A DNA stretch of 64,000 bases. It comes from Anthoceros angustus. Its lineage: Eukaryota > Plantae > Anthocerotophyta. Made by a program: the position numbers and the translations under genes. The notes below the pieces were generated by a model that was not told the DNA's origin, ran no database searches, and saw only the letters and a list, made by a program, of their open reading frames with translations. The number at the start of each line of letters is the position of its first letter. Position 1 is the first letter of the stretch. The stretch spans positions 2,108,001 to 2,172,000 of the forward strand of contig MU008162.1 in NCBI GenBank assembly GCA_010909165.1. Reading direction: 5' to 3'. Positions 34,494-46,924 of the stretch are shown in pieces.

Positions 34494-35042
34494 CAGTCCA
34501 CCCCCCCTAATTGGGACTGGTTCGGAGTGCCTTTAGAGGTCCCATTAAGGGATGTGTCCCGATTGTATTTTTCCTATTTAAAAATAATAAAAATTTTATA
34601 AACTTTAAAACAAATCAAAAAATACCCAAAAAAAGAAAATTTAAATTTTAATTGATGATTGATAGGTTTCACTAAAAATAACTTTTACCAGTTCTTTATA
34701 TAGTTGTTTGAAACCTAGCACTCTCTCTAAGCAGCATCAAAAAACCTCTACCTATCATAAAGGAAAAAGCTTAGCTTAAGAGTCTTCAATCATACCTAAA
34801 AGTCTATAAAGCTCTGAAATAATGGATTCTTTTTTCTTTTTTTTTTAGATTTTTTTAGTAAAAAAAAAGAGAAATCCCATTTAGGGAGGTGAAACTAACA
34901 TGAATGTATGCTTCAAAAGGTCCCATTTATCATTTAGGGAAAAGTCCCATTTGTTACATTATAAACTAAAGGGAGTAGGATGGGAGGTCCCATTTAGAGA
35001 GGAATCCCATTTATAGAATTCCCAATTAGGGAGGGCCGACTG
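34494..35042 (+). mobile_element. MITE of the Tc1/mariner (pogo-like) type, second full copy, 549 bp
   Basis: TA|CAGTCCACCCCCCCTAATTGGGA…TCCCAATTAGGGAGGGCCGACTG|TA; highly similar to 26795-27336. Confidence 0.92.
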
Positions 35043-35583
35043 TATTAGGTCTAGGCAAGGACACAAACCTAAATCAAATAGTTCAAAATCATTGAATGAG
35101 GTGGACCAATAGGATTCTCTTAATTTTCTTTGGAATCTCCCTTTCGAATCACATGAGTGAACCTAGCATGATGAGTGAAAGCCACACCTTATGACTCCCC
35201 CTCCCTCACTTGGATGGAATAACGAGAGCCAACCTAGCAACACGTATCCCATGAATATGGAAAACCAATACTGACATATGAAATACTAAAAACTATTAGA
35301 TAAATAGAACTAATAATAACACATGAAATACTAGATAATACTAGATAAATAGAACCAATAATAAAAAATAAAATACCAGCTAATATTTACTAGATAAATA
35401 GACTATATTCCTGGTAGATAGAATGATGACAGATAAATAGGCTATATTCATAATAAATAGGCTATATTCATAATAAATAGGATAATATCATATAAATAGG
35501 TGGTATTTCTGATAAATATGATAAATCTAGGTAATGAGGATAATACCCACTAAATAGGACAAAGGATGTAAAATAGAATAAAA

Positions 35584-36302
35584 CCCGTGTAAATAAATGG
35601 GTAACCCAACTAACCACAAAAACAAAACGATCTAATGTCTAATAACATAGAACACGTATTAAGGAGTTCGCAGCTAAGCACACCCTTCTTGGCTTGAGCC
35701 ACACCACTGCATATGTACCAAACCTGAAGACTTCAGTAAACCTGTGTAACTAAATGGGTAACCCAACTAACCACAAAAACCAAACGATCTAACGTCTAAT
35801 AACATAGAACACGTAAACAGGAGTTAGCAGCTAAGCACACCTTTCTTGGCTTGAGCCACACCACCGCATATGTACCAAACCTGAAGACTTCAGTATACCT
35901 GTGTAACTGAATGGGTAGCCCAATTAACCACAAAAACAAAACGATCTAACGTCTAACTTAGAACACGTATTAAGGAGTTAGCAGCTAAGCACACCCTTCT
36001 TGGCTTGAGCCACACCACCGCATATGTACCAAACCTGAAGACTTCAGTATACCTGTGTAACTGAATGGGTAGCCCAATTAACCACAAAAACAAAACGATC
36101 TAACGTCTAACTTAGAACACGTATTAAGGAGTTAGCAGCTAAGCACACCCTTCTTGGCTTGAGCCACACCGCCGCATATGTACCAAACATGAAGACGTCA
36201 GTAAACACGGTCCATTCCCTGTACCAAACATGAAGACGTCAGTAAACACGGTCCATTCCCTGTACCAAACATGAAGACGTCAGTAAACACGGTCCATTCC
36301 CT
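35584..36302. repeat. Satellite-like tandem repeat (~155 bp x4) ending in a 41-bp x3 sub-repeat
   Basis: …AATGGGTAACCCAACTAACCACAAAAACAAAACGATCTAACGTCTAA…GCAGCTAAGCACACCCTTCTTGGCTTGAGCCACACC… x4; TGTACCAAACATGAAGACGTCAGTAAACACGGTCCATTCCC x3. Confidence 0.95.
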
Positions 36303-36466
36303 ATACTAGATTTTGAAAATGCGATGTATCAGATGTAGTAGTCCTTTCGTACTTGGGAGTTGTAACACACGACTACATAGTACATGCTCTTGATAAACTA
36401 TTAGGCATGACTAGTTTTTAGATTTCAAAGTATTGTTTAGAGTGTACACAGTTAGATAAGCATAAA

Positions 36467-36667
36467 GCGCCTTAGACCAACTCGGCCATCCTCACATGAG
36501 TAAAATGAAATATGTTATTGTTAACTACTACGGATCATGTAAAGAGTTTTGTGAAGGCGTGAGTTGCAAGTACCTTTGCGTGCACGTACAAATGCTTGGA
36601 ATGAGATTCGAACCCATGAACTCTTGTACCAATGTTAAGTGCTCTAGATAAACTTGGCCATCCTGAC
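36467..36667 (-). pseudogene. Two tandem decayed tRNA-Leu-derived sequences
   Basis: Minus strand GT(G/C)AGGATGGCCGAGTTGGTCTAAGGCGC (36495-36467) matches the plant tRNA-Leu 5' half. The second copy (36667-36593) keeps GTCAGGATGGCC and GGGTTCGAATC but has no valid anticodon arm. Confidence 0.7.
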
Positions 36668-37951
36668 ATGGGTAAGATGGGAGAGGTTATTGTTATTTAC
36701 TAGGAATCATGTAAACAGTCTTGTAGAAAACATAGAATAAGCTATTACGTTCTTTCTCCTTTTCCTTTCTTTTTCGGTGAATCAAGTTGCTAAAGGGGCC
36801 GTTCCGCTTTCTGGGGCCAAACAGAGAAGATGCTTTTGCTTTCTTCTTTTTTGTCCAGCCACGAGAAATTGGATGTGAGAGAGAAGATACTTTTGCTTTC
36901 TCTTTTCTTTTCTTTCCAGCGAATCAAGCTTTCCTCGGCACGTTACATATGCTGGAAGCGTTACCCCTTTACTTTCTAGAATTTATACTAGCACTTGCGA
37001 CAACACTAATAATAATTTTATATCATAAAAAATATTATCCTATAATTATTCACAAAAATTTGATTTACTTATAATAAATATTATAATAAATATAGATACT
37101 AGTTCATCCAAAGTTGACATTTGTTGATAAGTATTATAACAAATATGCTATCTAGATATGGATCTAGGGATAAATAGGTATACGCAGCTGGGATTATATA
37201 TTGATATATCTCTTACGTACGGATAATGGAAGTGAAGTTTGAGATGAGTTTGGTGATGTCGGTCTACCAAAGAGTGCCAGTTTATCACATGCGCAAGGAG
37301 TGCAATCATGGGTGCATTTAACATGTGGGAAGTGCCGAGAAGCTGGTCCGTGGTGGTGGGGAACTGTTCTGTTGTCAGATGACCGGAGATATCTGATCGA
37401 CGTGGATAACTCATCCGCCACATGTACTGCAGAGCTCTCGTGGATATCGCTCGTGTCCTGACTCAACGTGGCCAGATGAAAAGTGAAGGAAGCGCTATGG
37501 TGCCGAGTGCCGAGACGCTGCAATCTTTACTTCCAGACCTGTGTAGTTGTAGCCGGAATGGCGGCACTACAGCACTTGCCACCCGGCACGCAGATCGAGA
37601 GAGCAACTAGGACTGGGATGGATGGGAGGGAGGAGAGTATAACCGAATATTCTGTGTGATACTTTTCATTCATCGGCCGGAAAAGCAAAGCTCAATCATA
37701 TTCCCCTGCAGAGGGCAGGGGCTTGAGGTCTTGCAGGTTTGATGCTAGCCTAGCTAATACAGATTTCTTAGCATGCCTAGTTTTCTCTCCACCAATCTGT
37801 GTCTGTTGCCACTTTTTTCGTTTAGCATAGTCTATAGGTATGTTCGAACAACCTAATGTGGCCACTCAAGCTGATGATACACTCTCCATACCAGCAGCAA
37901 GACCGGGCGGGGAGAGTTCACAAAAAGAAGAAATCGACAGAACCGTCGACG

Positions 37952-39797
37952 TTAAGCCAAAGCAGCCACCCCCGCAGGTTCCTCTTCCCGGGCTGCATCG
38001 ACCTTTTGTTGTTGCAGCTTAGCCTGCTTCAACATGGACGCCAATCCTGCAACTACCTTGCTCCTATCCCGGTGAGGGGACCTAGGCTCAACAGCCGGCG
38101 GTTGCCACTCGCTGTTATCCCGCATTTGCACCTCCGTCCCCAGGCCCGAGAAGGGCTCCGCTTCAGACTTGGTGAAGAGCATCCTGTTGGCCCCTCGCAC
38201 CCGCCCCTCCATCTCCGCCTCCTTGGCAGCCATCACCTTCCACCGGTTCTTCTCCCCATCCTTCTCCGCGGGAGCCTGCTTCTTGTCCAGCACTTGTCTC
38301 CGCACATTAGCTACCTGGGGAGCAACGTTGCGCGGAATCTCCTTCAAAGCCTGCTCCTCCTCCCTCTGGTAATGCACCTCCATGGCGTTCCTGAACCTCT
38401 CGTCAAACCCGTGCCCGCGCACTGCCAGGGACCCGATGTCCCTGCTCAAATTGCTGTCCACCAAACAATGCTGCGGGGGCACGGGGTTCGTCGTCCGCCT
38501 GTACGCGGACAGCCATTTCGCCCGCAGATACTCCGGCTTCCTCCACGGCGGGAGATGCAGGTTCCGCTTCTTCAAAGACCGCCTTGCCGCGTCCGACATG
38601 ATCTTCACCAGCTGGTTGATTCTGTCCGCCTTCCCCACAAAGACGACAGGAAGAAGCCCGAGTATGGCGACGTAGCTGCTCGTGGGCCGTGCAATCTCGA
38701 ATTGTGCTCGAAAATCTATGTCCACCAGCAACCTCTCCTCCTTCCCGCCCGTGCTCGTCTCGTCCACCAGCACGTCTATGTACTCATAGTCACCTGCAAC
38801 CATGAGTGGAGCGTGAAGCCCAGTCAGTCCCACTCCCCAACTTGCACGTCTGAAGAAATCATTCCTGCATCACCCGAAAAGCAACACGCAAAGACGCGGT
38901 TCAAGAGCGTAACGCTCACCTCCAGGATACCCCCCGGCGTGGTCCCATCGCGACTTGCAGATGGCTGCATTGTATCCCCTCCGCCTGAGCTCTCCCATCA
39001 CCAGACGCCGCAGGCAGCCGGTGCAGTTCTCGCCCCCGTCCTGGCACACCCGGTTCGCCTCCTCCTTCACCTTGGCCACGGCCTGCCCAGCGTCCAGCAG
39101 CAGGCTCTCCTCCAGCGCGTTCACGCTCGGGACAAAATTCTGCACACCAGGTCGCAACCGCGGTGAGCAAGGAAGCAAGCATTGGCGAGGAATTAACGAG
39201 GGAAGCGCAAATCCATCAAGCAAGCATCCTCCGCAGCCTACATTGCAGCAACAACCGGAGGCAGCAGTCAAGCAAGGATGAAGGAGCTTCAGGGAAGGGA
39301 AGAGGCCTAGAATTGTTCCTCACCTGGACCATGTCCGCGAGCTCCTTCCCCTGCACGGACTTGGCGTCCTCGTTGTCCCCGGGGGAGGCCAGGCCGTCGC
39401 AGACGCCGTTCTCGCAATTGCAGCGCGGGCGGCCGCACTTGGTGGCAATCTTGCCGCCGTTGGAGTCCTCCAGCATGAACTCGTGCACCATAGCCGCCAG
39501 GCACACCGAGCTCGGCTCATGCTCGCTGCCGCTGCTGCTCATGTAGTGCGCGCGATCCGCCTCCCGCACCTCCTGCGCGATGGTGCGGAACAACCTGTTC
39601 CCCCGGGCCTGCGCATCCTGCTGCTGCAGCCCCTGGTTCGCCCCTCCCGCTTCCCGCATCTGCGCGGCTGCCCGCGCCCCGACCTGCACCGGCACAGTGG
39701 CCGTTGCCGCCCTCTCCGCCTTGCCCTCCGTGCCAGCACTCTGCCTGGCCGCCTTGGAGGCCGAGGCCACCGGCCGCAGCGTGGCAAGCCGCGACAT
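37952..39797 (-). CDS. DUF506 (PDDEXK_6) family plant protein; exons 39797-39324, 39139-38920 and 38793-37952
   Basis: SVCLAAMVHEFMLE, LRRRGYNAAICKSRWDHAGGYPG|GDYEYIDV, LLVDIDFRAQFEIARPT and SLKKRNLHLPPWRKPEYLRAKWLS are DUF506 hallmarks. The GT-AG introns keep frame. Confidence 0.93.
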
Positions 39798-41448
39798 TGT
39801 CCTCCTCAACCAATCCCCCCTCCCTTCTCCCCCACTCCAGGACCCTGCCCAATCCTTCTACGCAACCACCATCACCATCCCCTTCCTCCTTCCCTTCCCT
39901 TCCCTTCCTTTCCCTTCCTTTCCCTTCCTTCCTTCCTTCCTTCAGCTCTTTTCAAAATTCACACACTCCACTCCCACACCACTCCCAGGCAATCAATGAC
40001 GCCGGCTAGCAAGCAAGACTGTGAGTTCACTCTCCTTGCTGGGCCAATTGCCAGCCCGCTTTCCAGGCTTTGTAACACACAGGAGGAGAGAAGAAGAATA
40101 GGAGACGGCACCGACTGGAGTGCACAGTCCAGGACTCCCTCTTTCACTCACTCACTCAACTCACAGGCCTGCATGAAAGAGCAGGGCTGCGGGGCCGGGG
40201 AGCTATATACAAGCCAACACCCACACAGCCAGGGGCTAGAGGCGCAGCAGCAGTGCAATGGAAAACGCCTCAGATAAGCAAAGCCGCTCTTTCTCTCTCT
40301 CGCACTAGCCCACTGAGATTCGACTTGAGCCAAGAAAGCACTGCGCACTCGCGAGGTGAAAACGACACGCCCTTCTCCTCAACCCCTTTGATACTAGGAG
40401 CATATCAGATCTGGGATGCCGCTCCTGGGAACCTTCTCCAGGCACCAAGCACCTGCACCTGCTCCACCTCACCCTCCCTGCCACCTCCTTCGCTTTTATC
40501 CCTCAAATGTACCAGAATATGACAACACCGCGGGGAATCGTATCAGCATATTTCTTTCTACCTTCGCCTTCCCCTTCCCCTCTTCCCCTCTTCCCCTCCT
40601 TCTTCACCTCCGTCACCTCAACAGCAGCTTGGCGCAGAGAGACGCAATTCACCGGCAAACCAATACCAGTACAACACCCACCAGCCTGGCAGCGCTGGCA
40701 AGCCCTGCCACCATGTTTACACTCCCTCCCCCGCGGGGGAGGAGCCCGGCCTATGTCGGGTCGCCCAATCTGGTAATTTTCTCCTCTTACACAGAATATC
40801 CCCATATACCACGGCTTCACCCCGCTCCCCTCGGTCGCCGCCCGCCGGTCACCCCGCACGATACCGGCATCCCGCGTCGATTCGCACCGCGCCCGAATAT
40901 CTTCCTACCGGTCCGCGCCAGTAGCCCCGCTGCCACGTGGCGCGCAAAGTCACCGTGGGTGAAACCCGATTTACCCAATCGCACGCTCGCGACGCCGCGT
41001 CACCGCCTGCTTGCACGCGCCGGTCGCCGCGTAGGCCGTGTCCAGGGTTGGCGCTTCCTTTGACCGTACGCGAGGTCGGCCCCGCTTGGGCACGTTGCGG
41101 CCCGTGCCAGGCCTGGTGCTTATCCGGTTAATATCGACCGGTTCGAGCCAGGCTGACTCATCACGCCGGTCGTCCTCGCCCTCTTTTACCACGTTTCATC
41201 CTCCTTCACCCCACATGTACATACGGATCTCTTACGTACACAGCACTCGTACGGTTACGACATTTATTTATTCTGGCGTGCGACGGCACATGAGGAGGCT
41301 GTAGGTACCAAGTTATGGTGGCAAAATGTCACCACGCTTGAAACGCCGAGCGGCATTGTGTCGTCATCGGCGGTGGACTATCACATACGCGACCTTCCTT
41401 ATCAGTGCCGGATGTTCAATGTACATGGTCTCCCAAAACCAGATGCCT

Positions 41449-42577
41449 GCACCCGGGTGAAAGTCCTTCACCGCGTCCAGGTGCGGGGTACCTTCGTACT
41501 TGGACGGACGGCGGCGGCGGCCGGTCCAGGTGCAGCCCCCCGGGCGGGGACCAGGTGCATGGCCCCGCCCGGTGGGCTGCGACCGCGCGGAGGGGGCTTC
41601 AGCTGAAGGCCGATCTACAACCGCCAACTGACCCCGGGTCGGGCCTGACCCGGGTGCGGTTAGGCGGGGAGGCCGGGACGGAGGTGGCAGGCTTATCCGG
41701 CCCCGTCCAGGACTGCTCCCGCGGAGAGGACGGGCCAACGTGGCCCGCAGCTGCTGGAAGCCCGGGATTGGATGTAGCGAGGGAGATGGAGGAGGTTGGG
41801 ATCGTATGCGCGTGCGCCAGGCTGCACTTGGGGATTTGCATGGCAGTGTGGTAGCACATGGACGGGGTTTGGTGCCACATCTGCGACTGACGTGGTTTAG
41901 GACGCGTGATTAGGTTTCTGCTTTGAGGAGTGAGTATCGTGGCAAGAAGCACGGATTTGCACACGCTGCCGGACAGCATTCGGTGGCTGGCTGTGCTCGG
42001 CATGTGGATGCACCGGGTGAAAGTCCTTCACCGCGTCCAGGTGCGGGGTACCTTCGTACTTGGACGGACGGCGGCGGCGGCCGGTCCAGGTGCAGCCCCG
42101 GGCGGGGACCAGGTGCATGGCCCCGCCCGGTGGGCTGCGACCGCGCGGAGGGGGCTTCAGCTGAAGGCCGATCTACAACCGCCAACTGACCCCGGGTCGG
42201 GCCTGACCCGGGTGCGGTTAGGGCGGGGAGGCCGGGACGGAGGTGGCAGGCTTATCCGGCCCCGTCCAGGACTGCTCCCGCGGAGAGGACGGGCCAACGT
42301 GGCCCGCAGCTGCTGGAAGCCCGGGATTGGATGTAGCGAGGGAGATGGAGGAGGTTGGGATCGTATGCGCGTGCGCCAGGCTGCACTTGGGGATTTGCAT
42401 GGCAGTGTGGTAGCACATGGACGGGGTTTGGTGCCACATCTGCGACTGACGTGGTTTAGGACGCGTGATTAGGTTTCTGCTTTGAGGAGTGAGTATCGTG
42501 GCAAGAAGCACGGATTTGCACACGCTGCCGGACAGCATTCGGTGTGGCCGGCTGTGCTCGGCATGTGGATGCACCGG
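41449..42577. repeat. Direct tandem duplication (~561 bp x2), GC-rich
   Basis: GCACC(C)GGGTGAAAGTCCTTCACCGCGTCCAGG at ~41449 and ~42011; the copies are nearly identical. Confidence 0.97.
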
Positions 42578-42719
42578 GGGCTTGGTACGAGAGCATGCGC
42601 CGGGGAAGGTTACGGGTATGTTGGAGTGGAAGGGAGGTGGAGTCGAGTACACCTGCTGATGCGCCTTGGAGCCCGGTTTTCGCGAGTCTAGCTTCCCTCT
42701 GAATGGCTCACTACCCCTG

Positions 42720-43390
42720 GCTGATAGGGATCATGGCGTGGCCTCGTCGGAGACGGAGGTTGCTGTAGTACAGAGACGGGTTGATAAGGATGCTGCTGGC
42801 TGGTTTCCACTGTACGAGGGTGTGTGCGTGTGCTTCTTCCACTTCCTGCCACTTGTGACTTGGTGGAGGAGCTTTTTATCACTCGAAGCTGCTTCGCGTC
42901 CGTGCATATCACACACCATAGCTGCTTCCTGCCTGAAATGAAGGAGCAAGCAAGTCAGGAGTGCTTTTGCCACTTGTTGCCCGTCAGGTTGGCGGTGGAA
43001 AGGTGCTTCTTCTAGCTAACACCTACTGCCTGTCCCGCGAGCATGTCTGACACTCAGATTCCATGTCCTCCTCGCTTCTTCACTTCTCATCCACATACAG
43101 ATGTACAGTCTTGCACTCGATGTAACCTATGTCGTGTGGTATGGAGCATGTACATGTGGAAAGTATGTAGAGTATGATATGCATTGGGAGTTGGTAGGAA
43201 GCTGCTGCTCTCGTTTTTATGCTACGAGTACTATACATACACAATGCAGTTAACTGGCGCCATTGTCACAGTTCAAGAGCAGTGCATAGCTTGCATGCCA
43301 CTCCGGCCGCTGCACAGCCTGCAACGTTCGTCACTAATTTTGGTAATCGGCCCGGCGGCCGAGAAAGCAAGGGGCATCCCGATTCCCACT
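42720..43390 (+). mobile_element. Possible highly degenerate MULE/MuDR transposase remnant
   Basis: YVVWYGACTCGKYVEYDMH (~43128-43185) resembles a SWIM finger start. It is preceded by a CVCFFH (C..H) motif and followed by YEYYT and GP..K.RG.P-like segments, in MULE order. Many frameshifts. Confidence 0.35.
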
Positions 43391-45543
43391 TCCCACAGCT
43401 CCAGCCGCGAGGCCCCAGGGCGCGGGAGGCTCCAGCCGGGCTCCAGTTAAATCTGTCTGCCAAGGAGACAACCTAGCACGGTGGAAGGAGAACAGGGGGA
43501 CCGACTGTCCAACAAAATTGTCAGCAATTAAAGGAGATCGTCAAATTTATCCTCTCCATATGGACAATGTGTCTGGCAACTTGGCAACGGATGAAGGGCA
43601 CTGCAACCTGACCATCAGCTGTCTGCTGCAGCCGCGTCACCAACAGCACCAGCATCGTGGGGCCTATCCCGAGCTTGCTGCCAAAGCTTTGTCGATTTTT
43701 CCGCAAGTTTAGGCCTGAAAAAGAATCCTGGCCACCTTTCTTCGGAAATCAGACATACTGGTGGTGGTCACCCGCATGTGCTAGATACATCTCTCACCTC
43801 TTGCTAAGTCATAGCATCTCATGTCATAATATGTATGATCTCCTGACATCTGATGTGGAAGGGCTCGTTGTTGTCACCGTCTGGGGTACATGCATTCAAG
43901 ATTGCCCTTATCAACACCCGCTCCCTCCTACCCTCCGTAGGAGTGAGTGGCAATAAGGTGAAGCAGGCGGGACCACAAGGGCACTTTGTGAATGACGTGC
44001 TTTCCAAGTTGGATACCACTTCCTACTGCTCACACCCGGCATCTGACAAGTGACACCTAATGATTTTATCAGACAGCGCCGGGATCAGAATGCTCCAAGC
44101 AGAAGGCGGTCCCATGGTTGAACAGGGGAGAACAGTACGCATATGACAAGACGAAGTTACAAGATTAACAATCTTGTGCTTAAAAGAAGGTTAGACAGTG
44201 CTGCAATGAGATATATGTGAGCACGGTACCGGAGGAGGGTTCTGCCTGGTCCACCTACTGCAGCACACCAGGTGATTGCTGGTGGAGCATCCGAGGGTGC
44301 CTGAAACCTGTTCATCCTAGCATTGGCTTGGCGGTAGCCTGTTGGACAACCAGCCTTAACACGCTGGAGAGATCAAACATCCCAAACATCTTGCGTGCTT
44401 GCAGGTGGCCTGGGCATCATAGTAAGACAAGAGGGGTGTAAGACTGGTGGCGCAATAGGAATATGAGTTTGACACTCCAACAACACCAACCAAACAAAAG
44501 TTTGAGAGCACTGTAAGGCATGCAAGCAACAGCTACAGTTGCACAAGCCCACTGTGTAGATAGCCCCACGTGAACATGCCCATTTCTAGAAACCTGGATG
44601 TGAGGTGGGGGTCCATTGAATCTGCACACAAGAGTCGCCAGCGCTATCCTCTTTTTGCATTATCAAGTCTCAGCAAAACAGTTCTTCTCATACACAAGAC
44701 AACAATGTGTGCGCCGAGCCGAGACTGTGACGGGCCCGTCCACTGTGAAGAACAATGGTATCAGCACAGAAAAGTCACCATCCAGTATTAGGCTGACATG
44801 AGTCAAGCTGCAGCACAGTGATGAACAACACACAGAAAGCTCAGCACATCACCCGGGCTGCCAAGTCCAACTTTGCAACAGCAACTCCACGGCACAGGCG
44901 TCACGGATCATTCATGAACGCTGTTGCGTAGAAGCTGCAAGTTGGATGACACCCGACGCCTCCGTTGAAATCGATGTTCCCCCAACGCAACGTCCGAACA
45001 AACGCTTCCACATCACAACTTCCAAAACCCTAGCAACGTTACCATCACAACGTCTGCTCACCATCTGCCCAAACCACTGGTGTCCATATCCTTCTCGAAT
45101 TCCTCCTCCTCTTCCCACGCGTCTCAACGAGGCTCCGCAAACACACACAGTCATCCCATCCACAGTTGCCTCCTCCATGCTCCCTCCCCCATCATCCCAT
45201 CACTACACTAAAACTAACCCCTCCCCAAATCGAAAATCAAACTTAACACGCGCCGCCGTCAATTTTGAAAAAACAAGAGATAAAGGGATAGAACGTAAAA
45301 GTACAAACAACCTGTCACGAGATCACGACAGGGAAAAGTGAAGCAGCAGCGCTATCCAAGCCTTATCTTTTGCTCGACGCCTATAGGCCGGGTCCAATAT
45401 TGCCCTGCTGCTCCGTGTAGCCATGGCGCCTCGCGCGACCTCTATAGCCGGCCTCGCAACAATGTCGAGTAACAAGCGCCTCGCACCTGCCGCCTCCGAC
45501 TGCCCCCGCTCTTCCCTGCCCGACCAGCCGAGCAGCGTTAGCC

Positions 45544-46924
45544 ATGGCGTCCGCCACAGCATGCGCCTCCAGCGCCGCCCTGGCCGGGCAGAGCGTCTTC
45601 AAGCAGCGCAGCGAGATCCTCAGCGCTGCAGGCAGCAGCGACTCTAAGCTGCAGATGAGGAAGACCGCTTCTGCGCCATCCAGCATCTGGTAATCTTGCT
45701 TCAGATTGCGTGCAAAGCTAACCTCTCCGTGTTTCTAAGGCGGATTGAAATGTGGAGGAGTGAAGAATGCAGAGCAAATCCCGAGTGTTTCTAAGCCGGA
45801 TTGAAATTTGGAGGGGTTTAGAATGCATAGCAAATCCCGATCGTTTCTGAACCGGATTGAAATTTGGAGGAGTTTAGAATGCACAACAGATCCCTAGTGT
45901 CTCCAAGCTGGATTGAAATGCGGAGGAGTGTAGAGTGCTTAGCGAGTCCCTCGTGTTTCCAAGCTACTGGATCGAATTCTGGAGAAGTTTAGAATGCCTA
46001 GCAAATCCTTCGTGTTTCTAAGCTGGATTGAGATGTGGAGTGGTTCAATATGCATAGAAAATCCCTCTGTTTGTTCGCCAGATTGGAATCTCGAGGAGTT
46101 TAGGATGCGTAGCAAATCTTGTATTCTACGCCGGAATGAAACCTGGAGGTCTAGGTAGAATGCATAGCAAACCTGTCGTGTCCGTGAGCTGGAGTGAAAA
46201 CAGGGGAAGTGTTCAGAATTCTTCCGGATCTTGCTGATCTCGCACTGTGGAACTCCTTGTTGCTGCATCCAGGTACGGCCCTGACCGTCCCAAGTGGCTT
46301 GGCCCCTTCTCCGCCGACACTCCATCATACCTGAAGGGAGAATTTCCCGGGGACTACGGCTGGGACAGCGCGGGCCTGTCCGCCGACCCCGAGACGTTCG
46401 CCAAGAACCGGGAGCTGGAGGTGATCCATGCCCGCTGGGCTATGCTTGGAACTCTCGGGTGCGTCACACCCGAGCTGCTGGCCAAGAACGGCGTGAGCTT
46501 CGGGGAGTCGGTGTGGTTCAAGGCCGGCTCGCAGATCTTTGCCGAGGGAGGCCTGGACTACCTCGGCAACCCCAGCCTCATCCACGCGCAGAGCATCCTG
46601 GCCATCTGGGCCTCCCAGGTGATCCTCATGGGAGCCGTGGAGGCCTACCGTGTGGCCGGAGGACCGTTGGGCGAGGTGTCCGACCCCCTGTACCCCGGCG
46701 GGTCGTTCGACCCCTTGGGCCTGGCTGACGACCCCGACACCTTCGCTGAGTTGAAGGTGAAGGAGCTCAAGAATGGCAGACTCGCCATGTTCTCAATGTT
46801 CGGCTTCTACTTCCAGGCCATTGTCACCGGCAAGGGCCCCATCGAGAACCTGTCTGATCACTTGGCCGACCCCACCGTCAACAACGCCTGGGCCTACGCC
46901 ACCAACTTCACCCCCGGAGCCTAG
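45544..46924 (+). CDS. LHCB: Major LHCII chlorophyll a/b-binding protein, second paralogue; exons 45544-45689 and 46273-46924, 265 aa
   Basis: Same exon sizes (146 + 652 nt) and near-identical protein to 13136-14249; 583-nt GT-AG intron. Confidence 0.97.
45728..46180. repeat. ~59-bp minisatellite inside the LHCB intron (~7-8 copies)
   Basis: GTGTTTCTAAGC(C/T)GGATTGAAAT(T/G)TGGAGGAGTTTAGAATGCATAGCAAATCCC repeated. Confidence 0.9.

Noticed and set aside
37856-39166. 436-aa plus-strand ORF
   Set aside because: It is antisense to the GC-rich DUF506 exons.
43660-43712. YPELAAKALSIF resembling a hAT dimerisation motif
   Set aside because: Too short; the flanking WW and S…ER.FS motifs are absent.
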